Positions 1-12,777 are shown, numbered from the stretch's first letter. The stretch: DNA of 64,000 bases from Chrysomallon squamiferum (GCA_012295275.1 CM022676.1:3162001-3226000); one strand, 5' to 3'. Notes: generated by a model from the sequence alone, not told the origin. A program made the numbers and translations.

Positions 1-164
1 TGCATTTACAGTAATTATTTTCAAAAACACTCAGTCATGATCTGTTTTACGTACATGTGCAATCGTGTGTCATTGCTGTATGTATCTGTTTATATGAAAG
101 TCTGTGTCCTCTGATTACAAAAACTATTACACAAACTCTTATTTAGTTTCTTTTAGCTCTTGCC

Positions 165-195
165 TTAGACATTGATATTTGTGATGCTGATGAGT
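165..195 (-). CDS. Ig-domain protein, terminal coding exon (ILISITNINV-stop; completes a GPI-signal-like hydrophobic tail)
   Basis: tttttttttctag|A CTC ATC AGC ATC ACA AAT ATC AAT GTC TAA. The phase-2 join gives a total CDS of 501 nt (166 aa + stop). Confidence 0.6.
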
Positions 196-462
196 CTAGA
201 AAAAAAAAACATTAAGCAATTAAACAAAATATTAATATAAGAGATGAGAAAATGAAAATAACTTAAAGAGAAACAATTAAAAAATGTACAAAAATTAAAG
301 AAACAGCAACGATATGCCATTAAAAGTGAAACAGACCTTTTTTTCTCAAATACCTTAAAACAACATGCCTTATAAGAGAGAAACGTGCTATATGTTTATT
401 TCTGTGTATATCAGCAATAATATAGTAGCTATGCATTTCTTCTTATTTTATATTTATGTAAA

Positions 463-510
<48 letters not shown>

Positions 511-923
511 TATATAGTAATAGCTAAAACTATATTAAATTAAAATTAAAATTTAATCAGTAGATAATAGTAAAAAGCAAATAAATAACTGACTTCTTTT
601 GAGAAAAGTTTAAAAACAACAACCAAAGAGATGAAAATAAACAGCAAGAGAGATTAAATAAATGAAGAAATAAATAATTAAATATATATATAAAATTAAT
701 TATATTAATAAGTAAACAAATAAATATAACATCACAACATCAATAATTATTAACCATTTAACCTTTCAAGAATGATGATAATAATTCTAACAGAAACAAC
801 AATAGTAGTAACAACAACAATGTAAAGAACGATAACAACAAGAACAACAACAACAACAACAAGAATAATAATAATAATAATAATAATAGCAACAACAACA
901 ACAATAATAATAAAATGTCGTAC

Positions 924-984
924 ATAAAGAAAACACAGGAAAACGTTTTATGTACGGGTTCAGAACTTCCGCTCACGCTATCAT
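924..984 (-). CDS. Ig-domain protein, coding exon 3 (Ser/Gly stalk DDSVSGSSEPVHKTFSCVFF)
   Basis: ttttcag|AT GAT AGC...TTT AT|gtacga. 61 nt, phase 1 in and phase 2 out, in frame with exon 2. Confidence 0.7.
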
Positions 985-1483
985 CTGAAAAGTAAGTGCG
1001 TCAGAGCAACACTGGGCTTAGATCGTAAATAATGTTGTGTTGAATTCATTCTGTGCGAAACACATCAAATTATCTTTTTTAGATATATATATACAATAAG
1101 AAACATATCGAAAATTGTGATTAAGTTTGTATTCTAAATACAGAGTATTAAAAATAATACTATTTCTGACGGAATTATTATTTTGTATGTCTTTCTAGAA
1201 ATAGTCCACTTTATTCTAAACTGATTTCAAGAACTTTGTAAATGACTGTATGCATTATTTCTTGGCTTTTTTGTGGGGGTTGTTGTTGTTGTTGTTTGTT
1301 TTTGTTTGTTTGGCTGGGTTTCTTGCGGGGGGTTGTTTGCTTGATTTGTTTGGGGTGTTTTGTTTTGGGGGGTTGGCGTTTTTTAATATGATTCAAGTGC
1401 AAAATGGAATGCATAGGAAATAACAAAGAAAGGAATGAAATGAAAATTCTATTAAGGATACTTTCGAATATTTGTTTACGTAC

Positions 1484-1822
1484 CTATGAACTTTTTCTTA
1501 CAACTTGGGCTGCCTTCACCAGGCCAGGCACCATCAGCACACGTCCAAGTACCAGCATCAGCTTTAGTATCAAAGGAATGTATTGTAAGTGTAATTTCTT
1601 TTCTGTTGGGGTGAATTTTAGCACTGTAACCTGTTACTGAAATGACTGGGATACAAATTGTTTGACCTTGGTCACAAAATACAACTTGTCTCGGAATTCC
1701 TCCATTTGGACTAAACCAGTTAATGCCCTTTTTTACTGTTTCATTTACCCTGCATATTAGAGTACTGCTCTTTCCAGGATAGCCAGGATCCAAGCAGTCT
1801 ATGTAGGTGTTTGTTACTGCAC
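1484..1822 (-). CDS. Ig-domain protein, coding exon 2 (single V-like Ig domain, 6 Cys)
   Basis: atttacag|GT GCA GTA...TTC ATA G|gtacgt. 339 nt, phase 1-1 as is typical of Ig exons. Carries the B-strand Cys (STLICRV), the C-strand Trp (GINWF) and the F-strand DAGTWTC motif. Overlaps ORF 1476..1793. Confidence 0.92.
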
Positions 1823-2450
1823 CTGTAAATTACATTATTTACTCTCAACAATTAGTGTGACAAAAATAATTTTATTTATAATCATTTGTTATTATAGTAT
1901 GGATTGTTTTGTTTTTGCACACACACACACACACACACACGCACGCACGCACACACACACACTATTCCAGCAACACATATTTATTCTGAAAGGTATGAGA
2001 AAGAAAAAAGAAAAGTTGGCGAATTCCTAATCATTCCAGGGAAATGAATTCCTTAGTTCACGTTCAAAATACAGGAACTGATCAAAACCGTATATAATTA
2101 TTGTATTTTGTTTACGTTCGTTTTCGATACGATTTCAAAAGCAAATGGGACAATATACTATAAAGAATTTCGAGAAGACTTAACATTTAATTTAAAATAA
2201 GACTTTCTTTACGAGTTGTTATTTTTTAAATACTTTCATTAAACCTACCAGTGATCGATGTATGATTAAATAAATTAATAAGTATTACTGGAAATAACAG
2301 AAGGATCTGAAGATAATTGTCTGATCGACTCAAAATAACTGTTTTACAAATGTTCCCAATTTTGTCCAATCTTTGAACTGTGAAAATAATTATTATTAAC
2401 TGAATTTTTAAAGAAGAAGAAGAACAAAAAGTCAATTAATTAGAAGTTAC

Positions 2451-2520
2451 CTCTGACTCTATTAACTTCCAAAAGGATGAAACATCCCGTAATAAAAAAC
2501 ATAGTGTGCTTCAAGATCAT
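2451..2520 (-). CDS. Ig-domain protein, coding exon 1 (start codon + signal peptide MILKHTMFFITGCFILLEVNRVR-G)
   Basis: Minus strand reads ttatttacag|ATG ATC TTG...AGA G|gtaact. 70 nt, ending in phase 1. The hydrophobic N-terminus joins in frame to the 1822 exon. Confidence 0.85.
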
Positions 2521-2624
2521 CTGTAAATAAAAATTAAATGAATTCTGTTAATTAAATATGATATTACTTTAAGAGAAAATAGGAATGATCTAAGCCACAT
2601 TATATATTTTGGGGATACTCTGTC

Positions 2625-2665
<41 letters not shown>

Positions 2666-2929
2666 AAGACAAAACAACAAAATGGAAAAAGAACAAAACA
2701 AAGAATGATAAATAACATAATCAAAATATTTGAATAATTTCTAAAATGTCACTAAACTGAGAATGTAGAGCGAGAAACTAATTTTGTCTCTGATAATCGG
2801 ATTTGAAATATTCTCCCATAAACTGTTTGGAACTTCGGTAATAAATATTGACAATAAAGTTGTTGTTTGTTGTTGTTGTGGTTTTTGTTTGATTTTTTTA
2901 ACTGAGATATTTTTGACTAAATTGTTAAA

Positions 2930-3740
2930 CCAGTACTTGTTTTAGTGCCATCTTAAACAGCGATTTCGACTTCGTTTTTTTTTTTGTAAGTAATCATCAA
3001 AACATGATTCGTAAATTCAAGTAAAATCTAAAGAGGATTTTTCTCTTAGTTTTACCATGATTTATTATTTTGGTTGTGAGTCAAATATTTCCAAAATTAT
3101 GAACCCTTTTAATATTTAATTTCTGGTGGCCGTTTCCGCATTAACTGCCATTTTGAAGACATCTCTGTTTTTAAGGGGCCGTTCTGAAGCAAGACTGTCT
3201 CTGACAGAACGTATTTACCAATGTCATGTTATGTTTTCCAAACATTCAGTCTATTTTTTCTTCAGAACTCTGCAAAGTATATTTACAATGAAATTTGGTC
3301 TAGATCTTTTCACTCTCATGATTTAACTAGCGCCATGATCGTAAAAAGTAATGTATGGATGATGTTCGCAAGACATGCTCGGAGAAACCCAGCGAGAGCG
3401 CCGCTAGCCCAACGATTTCCGATAGAGATTAAACCCTTTGCAATAAAAACAAAGATAAGAATTCAGATTTACCATTCAAGCAATTTTTACTCGCACACGG
3501 CCTCATATAAAGAATAAATCTGGCGTTCAAAAGTCAATAAAAATAGCTCAGAACAGTGTGACAACCAAAAATAGAGGCACATTTGAGTAGCCAATTGTAG
3601 TGCTGTTATTAGCTTATTTTAAAACAAGGTGGGTAAATAAGAAGGAAGAAAATTGCTTTTCTATAGGTAATCGAGTCATTTGTGCTCATTTTCGCATTTC
3701 GACTACAAAGGGCGGCCAACTTAAAAATTGACGGTATAAA
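2930..3740. mobile_element. Probable degraded interspersed repeat / non-autonomous DNA element in the first intron of the Ig gene
   Basis: A higher-GC, CpG-containing block with recurrent GCCATCTT/GCCATTTT/GGCGGCCAACTT-like motifs and ATGAAATTTGGT, which resemble invertebrate non-autonomous repeats. No transposase ORF. Boundaries approximate. Confidence 0.3.
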
Positions 3741-3958
3741 TAACATTTTGATAAAATTTCATTTAATTCAATGTCTGTTTATAAAAATAAAAATAAAAAC
3801 ACAGTTTTTTCTAAACTTACTTCCTGTTTACCTGTTTATCTGCTGATAAAAAAAAAATTATAAAACTTTTAAAAAATCAAAAAATATTTTTTTACAGCTT
3901 CAAAAGACAGCAAAATTTCACGAAAACAGATCTGTATTTTAATATACGAAGCATTTAC

Positions 3959-4030
3959 CTTGAAGAATAAGACGCCTGTGTTGTTTTCCAATATCAATTA
4001 CAAATTTTCATCCGGCTCTGAACAACAGTA
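3959..4030 (-). other. Possible non-coding 5'UTR exon of the Ig gene (5' boundary uncertain)
   Basis: Donor caag|gtaaat at 3959/3958. The ATG exon begins immediately after an acceptor AG, so an upstream exon is required. Alternative donors exist near 3815-3835. Confidence 0.35.
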
Positions 4031-4311
4031 ACTATTAGCTTTTCTACAGTATATTAAATACATGTTTCTCAGTTTTGGATTTATATGCCAAAGTAAATAT
4101 GCTATCGACTTTGTCAGAGAAAACGTCCCCCTCCACCGTCAAAGAAAAAGAAGAAGGGAAAAGAACAGAAAAAGCAAAAACCAGTAAGTTAAGTGTAAAA
4201 CAAACCTTGATGTATGCTTGGTGCTGATTTCAATATATTAAACTTAATGTCTGTAAAATGAAAGCGACGTTATTATTAAACTACATGAATGTCTTGTCGC
4301 TTGCTTCGGGA

Positions 4312-4343
4312 TGACGTCATAAAACGTTATTTTATTGACGTCA
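4312..4343. promoter_or_regulatory. Pair of perfect CRE/ATF palindromes (TGACGTCA x2)
   Basis: TGACGTCA at 4312-4319 and 4336-4343, about 350 bp upstream of the putative first-exon donor of the Ig gene. Confidence 0.5.
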
Positions 4344-5541
4344 GCAGTAGTTGCAAACAAGGATGGTCTTGTCATTGTTAAATTTAATTATTAAAACTAA
4401 AACCATTCAAAAACAGCGTTTTGCTTATGCACCGATTAATTAATTAATTAATTTATTTATTATTATTATTAAAGATTAACATACTACTGAAGGATAAGAA
4501 ACAAAATAATTACTTTATGTGTTAATCTACGCTTTACATGCTATCAAATATTTTTCATAAGGATCTTTTTCTATAAATATTTCTTCGCTTTTTACACGGT
4601 TATTCTAATATTTACGTTCGCCAGATCACGCAGTTTTTGATTTATTAATATTAGCCTCCTACAAATTCCTGATGCTCGTACCTTTTTATCAAAAACGTTA
4701 TACAACTATTTGGACTGAAATGTATTTTGAAAGTACTGGCCGTTTATGATTGACTTGCCTAATAAAATGAGTATCATTATTGAAAACGTTTATTCATATT
4801 TCTAATAACAAAGATTTTACTATAATAATAACAAGAAGAAGAAGAAGAAGAAGGAATGCTAAATAAATCAATTAATTAACAGTACATAAAATAAACAGTT
4901 TCCTGTTATTGGTTGTTGTTTTTTTTTTTTTGTTGTTCTTGTTTTCTTTTTGCTTGTTTTGTGTTTTTTGTTGTTGTTTTTGTGTGTGTGCATGTGTTTA
5001 TGAGTGTGTAATTTAGACATACAGAGAGAAAGATTTATTATTCTCCTGAATGATTTGAAATACTTAATAGGTGACAGCTATAAAACAACTCTGAATTTGA
5101 TAGATATTACATTTTGACACTACTGGTGATGTTGTAGCTTTAATTATCCTCTTTATTTGTTCTTCTTTTTATCTTTTTTTAATTTTGCATGTTAGTGTTG
5201 TTATTTCTGAAATATTTTGTCTTCCTTCATTGTTCCCATTAAAGTTTTTTTCAGTAGAACTTGTAGGAGTTTCTTTATCTGTTTTAAAATGCATAATGAG
5301 AAGTGATATCTGATAAAATTTAATACTATAATTTCTTTTTATTTACAAAATAAAAAGGAAAACAAAAATTAACAGAAAATACAGTCTGGCAACAACAGAA
5401 ACGAACAGAATTAAAACAGTAAATAAATAAAATCATAGATCTGAAGAAAAGTACTTTACTCTTGCATGTTACCATAAATTTAATGTTGTCTATTCCACAT
5501 ACTTACGTTTTGTATACAATAAAAACTATTTAAGAAATAAA

Positions 5542-5606
<65 letters not shown>

Positions 5607-5635
5607 TAATAATAATAATAATGATAATAATAATA

Positions 5636-6527
5636 ACTTGTAAAACTAAAACTACGAAGGCAGCTGCAGCATAGTCAAATAACGGTCAAAGGGAAATAAG
5701 TCTATTTAAAAACAGATAAAAAAAAAAAAGGAAAAAAAAAAAAAAAAAAAAGAGACTGAATCACCGAAAAAAGTTCGTTACAAATAAAATATAACAAGAA
5801 ATATAAACCTATAATATTCGGCGGAAATTTTATTCACTTTTCTTTATTTCTGAAAGGACTCTAACTATATTTTTTCCTGAAGATTTAATACAAGAATGCT
5901 TTCCAAAAGTTAAAACGAATAATATTAAATAAATAAACAAATTCTATTATGTAACAGAAAGATTTACAGAAATTAAAAATTACAAATCTATCACGGCGAA
6001 CAGCGATTTTACAATGTAAGGGGAATAACTCTATTTTAGAGGAATACTTCGGAAAAATTAAATTGGGAAAATGTTCATATTTTTTTCTAAATTAATCGAA
6101 GAGGGAAGATAAAATAAAAAAATTTGTCTCACTTTCTGTGTTATTTTTTTTTTTTTTCTTTTTTTTTTACACATTTTATTTTCTTTTATTATTTTTTTAT
6201 TTATCCCACCCTCGGTTAAACCCATGAAAAGAAGTCCCTATACGGTATAAGAGGAATAACTCTATTTTCGTTATGTTGTATAAAGACTGAGTATTTATAA
6301 TTTCTGTCCCTTACTAAAGTTAATTTATTTTGTATTTATTTCTGCATGTTTTTTTTTTATTATTATTTTGTTTTTGTTTTTGGGGGTTTTTTAAATTAGT
6401 TTTCTGTTATAATTATTTTATAAATGTTCTTCTCAAAATAAATAAATACCATGTGTGTATGAGTGTGTGTGTTCGTGTGTGTCTGTGTGTGTGTGTGTGT
6501 GTATTATTATTATTATTATTATTATTA

Positions 6528-6581
<54 letters not shown>

Positions 6582-7058
6582 CAGTTTGTATTTACTTAGT
6601 TACTTATTTTTGAATAATTTATTTATTTACTATTCATTGGATGTTTTAGTTATTATTGTTATTAATATTATTACTGTTGTTGTTATTGTTGTTGTTCAGT
6701 TAATTCAATAAATGATTCCACAGTCTTATTAAAATGAAAAAATATATATAAAATCATTTCTGTGTTTCTTTATTTCTTTAAACTTATAATATTCGGCGAA
6801 CATTTTACTTAAATGTGTTTCCCGAAGATTAAGTATATATTTCGAGTCCTTTCAGAAATAAAGAAAAGTGAATAAAATTTGCGCCGAATATTTTAAGTTT
6901 AAATTTCTTGTTATATTTTATTTGTTACGAACTTTTATCAGTGATTCCGTCGCTTTTTCTGTTTTTTTTTTTTTTTTCTTGTTTTTTCTTAGAGTTATTC
7001 CCCTTCGACTGTAATTTGACTATGCTGCACCTGCCTTCGTAGTTTTAGTTTTACAAGT
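5636..7058. mobile_element. Fold-back / MITE-like element with about 220-bp imperfect terminal inverted repeats
   Basis: 5636-5861 (acttgtaaaactaaaactacgaaggcag...gaaaggactc) is the imperfect reverse complement of 6844-7058. Flanked by (AAT)n on the left and (ATT)n on the right. Internal recurring AGGGGAATAACTCT-like motif. Confidence 0.7.
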
Positions 7059-7472
7059 TATTATTATTATTATTTATATTATTATTATTATTATTATTAA
7101 TGATGATGATGATGGAGCTTTTAGATGTTTCATCAGTTATCAATTATAGGTCAGTTTCTAGCAATTATAATTATCTGATTTTCTTTAATTATAATTTATT
7201 TATTTCTAATAAAAAAATAAGCACAAACAAACAAACATATTATGTGTATTCCCTGACATTCAGTGCACGTGGAAATATAACCTGCGATGTCGATCTAATT
7301 AAAAACTGAACGTTAATGATTTTAGTCTTAGTATCATCATCATCAACATCATCATCGTCATTATTATTATACTACTACTACTACTACTACTACTAATATT
7401 AGCAGCAGTATATAATAATATTCGTTATTGATCTATTTCCACATGAAATTTGTAACATTTTCTTCATCATCG

Positions 7473-7588
<116 letters not shown>

Positions 7589-8359
7589 TTAATACTAGAA
7601 TAATATTCGTCATTAATCTAATTCCCAATCTAATTTGTAACATTGTCTTATTCTAATAATTGCTCTTTTTCAACTCCGTGTTTTGTTTTGTATGTATTAT
7701 TGCCCAGGTTTCGTACACACGCACAATCTTACTGTAGACTTTTAGTCTCTGTAATTTGCTGCTTGCTTTATTTAACCCAACACCGACGTTACGTATATTA
7801 AGAAAGATAAAGAAAGATAACTCTAAAGACACTTTCACCAACGACGTAATAAAGACGTACGTGTAGCAGTGGTTGCTGTAGTATTAGAAATAATTCCATG
7901 GTTATAATTACAATTATAATAAATTAATTTCAAAACAAAAGTTCTATAATTATTTACTTCATTTTTGTAGTTTATTTATATATAACAAATACATTTCTGC
8001 ATATTGCTTTTTGATTTGTGACTTTTAAATTAATAATTTGAAGTTGTCCATCAAAAACACCTGAATTCCCTTCCTTTTATGAAAGAAAACAGACATAGCA
8101 AGGGGTAGCAGGTTGAGGCTATCAGGGTGAGGCTATCAGTTGTTGTGGGGTGAAAAACTGAAATGTCCAAGGTACCCGAAAGCCAAGGATTCCAGGCACA
8201 GATTAATACTGTTACTCAACACAGATGGTGTTAACAGTTTATTATCAATACATTTTAAAGATTATTGTTCTTAAATATATTTTAACTTATTTTATAAAAT
8301 CTATTTGCAACTTTCTACTTCAAAATAAAATAAAAAAACATTGTTATTCGGAGTATTAC

Positions 8360-8405
<46 letters not shown>

Positions 8406-8650
8406 TTCAAAAATCTTTCAGTGTTTTGCGCCAATTTTGTAATTTTAATTATTTTATTTGTTCTTTATTATCATACCTTTGTACAAACAGACAAGTTTAT
8501 GAATCTCAGTGCATATGTGCTTCTGCTGTACTTTATTATCAGCAAGGACTAGTATTTGTAACATAAACAAGTACTTAGAACTTTTACGCCCCCCACCACA
8601 CTAACTGATGTAGTATTACTATTATTATTTCAGATTAGTATGTATACACA

Positions 8651-8689
8651 GAAAACAAAACAAAACAAAAAAATTTCAAATTGTTTATT
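8651..8689 (-). terminator. Candidate polyadenylation signal of the miRNA host transcript
   Basis: AATAAA on the minus strand at 8689-8684, followed about 10-40 nt later by a U/GU-rich tract (TTTTTTTGTTTTGTTTTGTTTTC). Lies about 730 nt 3' of mir-125. Confidence 0.45.
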
Positions 8690-9415
8690 GTAATCATCAT
8701 TAGTATCCTGGTACATTTTGAAATACAGAAATAAAAAACACTGTATCAGTGAAAAAACATCAAACATCACAACAGCAAAAAATGAAAACAATAAGGTTTA
8801 ATTTACAAAAGATTGTAAATGATTAAAAACAGTATTTACAGATCAGTATGTTATATTTTGAGTGATAAAACTGAACTGTTGAATATTCATTCACAGTCAA
8901 ATACCATTGACATTGGTTAGTTGTATCACTGTTTATCTTTTATCACAACATTATTTCATCGCTACTTTTTCTTTAAAACTCAAATTTCTTTGATATTTTA
9001 ACTTCTTGCTTATTATCCTTTCAAATTACATTTTTATTATTAATACATACTATAGAAAATGAACAAACATGAAAATTATTATTATTATTATTATCATTAT
9101 GTTTTATAAAGGGTTCTTTTTCATTACTAAAAGTAGCAAATAAATAAATTAATTAATTAATAATATAAAAAAAATAATTAATTAACAAATACAAATTAAT
9201 AGTAAGAATTTTAGATCTATTAAAAAGTGTAAAAATTTACTCACACCTCATTTCACTCAGTTACTCACGTACTCACCCCAGCTGACTCATTTACACTCAA
9301 AACGTCACTCCACTCACTCTCACCCAACTCTGTTCACCTCAGTTTACTCATTTACTCGCGCTGTCACCTCTCTGAGAGGTAAAAGTGGTTCAAGCTGCTA
9401 CTGGTCACCCACCCA

Positions 9416-9470
9416 GTTCCCAAGGCCAAAACCTGGACGCACTGATGTGTACAAGTTATGGTCTCAGGGA
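9416..9470 (-). ncRNA. mir-125: pre-miR-125 hairpin (mature 5p 9470-9449 UCCCUGAGACCAUAACUUGUAC)
   Basis: The seed CCCUGAG and body match the miR-125/lin-4 family (vertebrate miR-125b is UCCCUGAGACCCUAACUUGUGA). Complementary 3p arm CCAGGUUUUGGCCUUGGGAAC, plus a paired basal stem. Canonical position 3' of let-7. Confidence 0.95.
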
Positions 9471-10066
9471 AAGGGGAGGGACCATCCCACTTTTAACTCT
9501 TCACGTGAACGAGAGACAGAAGAGAAGAGTGAATAAAGAGAAGAGCAGAAGAATGAACGAACAGAATTAAGAGAATAACAGAAGAATGAAGAAAATGAAA
9601 GAATGAATGACCAGAATAACAGAAGAATTAATGACCAGAATAACAGAATGAACTGAATAAAGAACATAACTGAAGAATGAATCAACTGGATGTGATAGAA
9701 TGCATAACAGGATGAATTTAGTTTGAGATAAATTATGGTTTATGAAAAAAAAGGAGGTTAAATTGAGTTTGAATAAGAAGCAAGAATGAATTAAGTGACA
9801 GAACAGAAGAATGGATGGATTAGATCTTTGGAATTACAGAAAAAAGGGATGAATTATTTGATGGGACAACAGAAAAAAGTTACATTTTATGAAGTGACAG
9901 AAATAAGTATAAATTTTTCAGGAATAAGAGATCAAAGAGAGAGTTAAGTTAGAGAAAAAAGAAATGTGTTGGATACAATAACCAAAAAGAGGAAAAGTAA
10001 ATTTTTACACATACACACACACAACATGTGGCTTGTCTAAATTAGAAATCTACTTTAAATATGTAA

Positions 10067-10118
<52 letters not shown>

Positions 10119-10320
10119 ATTTCTCAAGATTAAAAAACATTTAATTTCTAATTTCTTTTTCCTAGATTAAATGTACTTCACTAAATTAAAAAAGATATCT
10201 AAAAAGATCTACTTTAAATTTGTAAAAATATTGAAATTATTTAATACATTGCATTAGAGTAACCTGTAGACATTAACTGGTCAACAAAAACTTAAGATAT
10301 CCATTCACCAATATAAATTA

Positions 10321-10487
10321 TTAGTTACAAAATATTTCTGAACAATTCTTAATTATTCTGATTTGAAAATCACTGTGAATTACAGTTTGCTGCATGAATT
10401 TTACAAGTTGTGTTTTTAATAATGCACTGTGCTGAATGTCTCTTCCATTTTCTTCTGGATACTCAGGGCTTTTTGTTTTGGGTTGCT
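10321..10487 (-). ncRNA. Candidate late/terminal host exon (3' boundary unknown, may run through mir-125 to about 8670)
   Basis: Strong acceptor gtttcttttctgttatctttcag|agc at 10488/10487. No strong donor nearby. Confidence 0.45.
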
Positions 10488-12021
10488 CTGAAAGATAACA
10501 GAAAAGAAACACGTATTAAGGATTGAACAATAAACTATTAAATCAGGGGTCAGCAGCAGAGATCAGTGGAACTATCCAAGGATTTGGCAAATGCCTGTGG
10601 GTTAAAAGAGGGTTGATAAACACCTGTGTTGATAATGGCAGTGTTTGTTCTTGGTTTAACCAAACAATGGAAGCTTTGAAATAAAAAACTGATACATTTT
10701 GGTAAATCACTTCTTAGGTTTTTTTCAGTATATTTTCGTAAATGATATTTTTAGTAAGTACATTTTTGTATCGTTATTTTTGGATTTTCAGTATACTTTT
10801 GTAAATTAGTTTTTAATTTTAACTACATTTTGGGGAAGTATCTTTTGTTATTATATGTAATTTAGTAAATTACTTTTTTAGTTTTAAGTGTATTTCAAGC
10901 AACTGTTTCTACTGATAAAGTCTTCAACGATATTACTGTAAGACCAAATTCAGCAGTATTTTTGTCATACACACATTCTGACAGATAGGTAAAACTTGCT
11001 TTACCACTGACCTCTTTACATTTCTTTTAAAATCACAGACAGAAATTAATGAATAAATGTTTAAAACATGTTAATGTCAGTGCCTACTCCTGTTATTTAT
11101 CAACAAGGTTCTGTTAATCAGGTTAAAGGTATGTTAGATAACATGTCAGTCTTTCATAAACTATATGAATATAAATTATGTTCTGGAATGAGCATTTTTA
11201 CACATTACAGTAAACCAAAGGATTGTGATTAATATACAGCTTAGTATGCCAACACTTTAGAAACAGAGAGTAAACATGCTCTTTCTATTATTTATTAATT
11301 AATTATTTTATTTATTTACATATTATTATTACTGTTATTTTTCGATAAGCACCAAGCAATCGTTTTACTTATTCACCAGTGTGAAATACTGTTACATCCC
11401 TACAACACTAGCACTGTTTTCAAGTTAGAATGGGAAATCCTGGTTTAAAAATTCAATTCTTCTTCAACAAGGTTTTTCTTTTTCTTTGGTCTGTTACTAA
11501 ATCTAATTTGACCTTGACCTGAATTATAAAATGCTAATTTTCAATCTAGTTTAAATCTAAAACCATAAACACCACCAAAGTAGGAACAGAAATGTGATCT
11601 ATTTCGTCCTTTTAATAATTACTTCAATAGTCTTTCTTTGCTTAATTTTCTTTTTTTAAAACTGAAATAAGTAAAACCAGGAATCTACGGTTAGTTACTT
11701 ATCAAAGGAAACAAAAGAGAATTTCTTTGTGTTCTAAAAATAAAAGATCAGACACAAAGCAAATTTGCAAGAATTTTGCTTCGACTTTTTCTTCATTATA
11801 CATTATTTTATTATTAAGTCACAAAATGTGCAAGATAAATGAAGATTTACAGGATACATGATGATTAGACTCTTACAGGGTACTTAATAATTACTCCAAT
11901 TACAGGATACTTGGTCGTCACACTTTTTGAGGATATATAGTGATTACACTTCTGCCAAAAGCGATAATAAATAAAACAATAATTTTGAAATGAATAAAAT
12001 AGGAGAAAAATATAAAATAAA

Positions 12022-12069
<48 letters not shown>

Positions 12070-12226
12070 TATAAAGTTTTAAGAATAAAAAATAAGAAAA
12101 GAACCAAACAAAACCAGTATCATACTTTTCCCCATCATACATCTTTCTTTAAACACAGAGAGTTTTACATCTGTAACTATTGTTACATGAAAACGTACTG
12201 CGTAGTTTTAACCCTGACCACTATAC

Positions 12227-12262
<36 letters not shown>

Positions 12263-12777
12263 AGCATGAGGGAATCCTCAGACATGAAAATGAAGGTGAA
12301 AAAGAAATTTACATAATGGAAAGTTTGAATTTTTTTTCTTTCTATTACAGTTGAGTATTGACTTCTTTACTTAAAAAGTATTGATGCTTTGAGACTGAGA
12401 TTAATCATTTCGGTGGAGGAAGGCCCGAGGGAAATTTTCTCATCCTACACAAAAAAAAATAAAATAAAATAAAAAATGAAAATAAAAAATAAATAAAGAG
12501 AAGTGCACCACAGAATGGGATTAGTGATAATCAGCTCATTAATGTAAGTAGACATGTTAACCCTTTATCTGTCGGTTCAGCTCATCAGTCACATGGTGAA
12601 ATGGATAAAAAAAAATTAAAAAAATTCCTTTTTTGTTTTAAACTTGACTTTTTTTGTGTGTTGTAGGTAAGGTTTTTTTATCAATTATTATTTTTGACAG
12701 TCTCTACTGGATCAAAATTTTGAATAAAAGCTAAAAAATGAATAGTTTGGTACTTTTGAAGCAAATTCAATACACAA

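Noticed and set aside
758-923. Poly-Leu transmembrane extension of ORF 758..976
   Set aside because: It derives from (TTG/TTA)n microsatellite inside the intron after the donor at 924/923.
9372-9385. let-7 autoregulatory target site in the host 3' region (as in C. elegans pri-let-7)
   Set aside because: Only a 6-mer (UACCUC) seed match, which is expected by chance.
10321-10512. ORF 10321..10512 or the alternative frame SNPKQKALSIQKKMEETFSTVHY as the last exon of a protein gene
   Set aside because: The upstream candidate exon (13701-13455) has stops in all frames and no recognisable domain. Treated as non-coding, although a micropeptide is not excluded.
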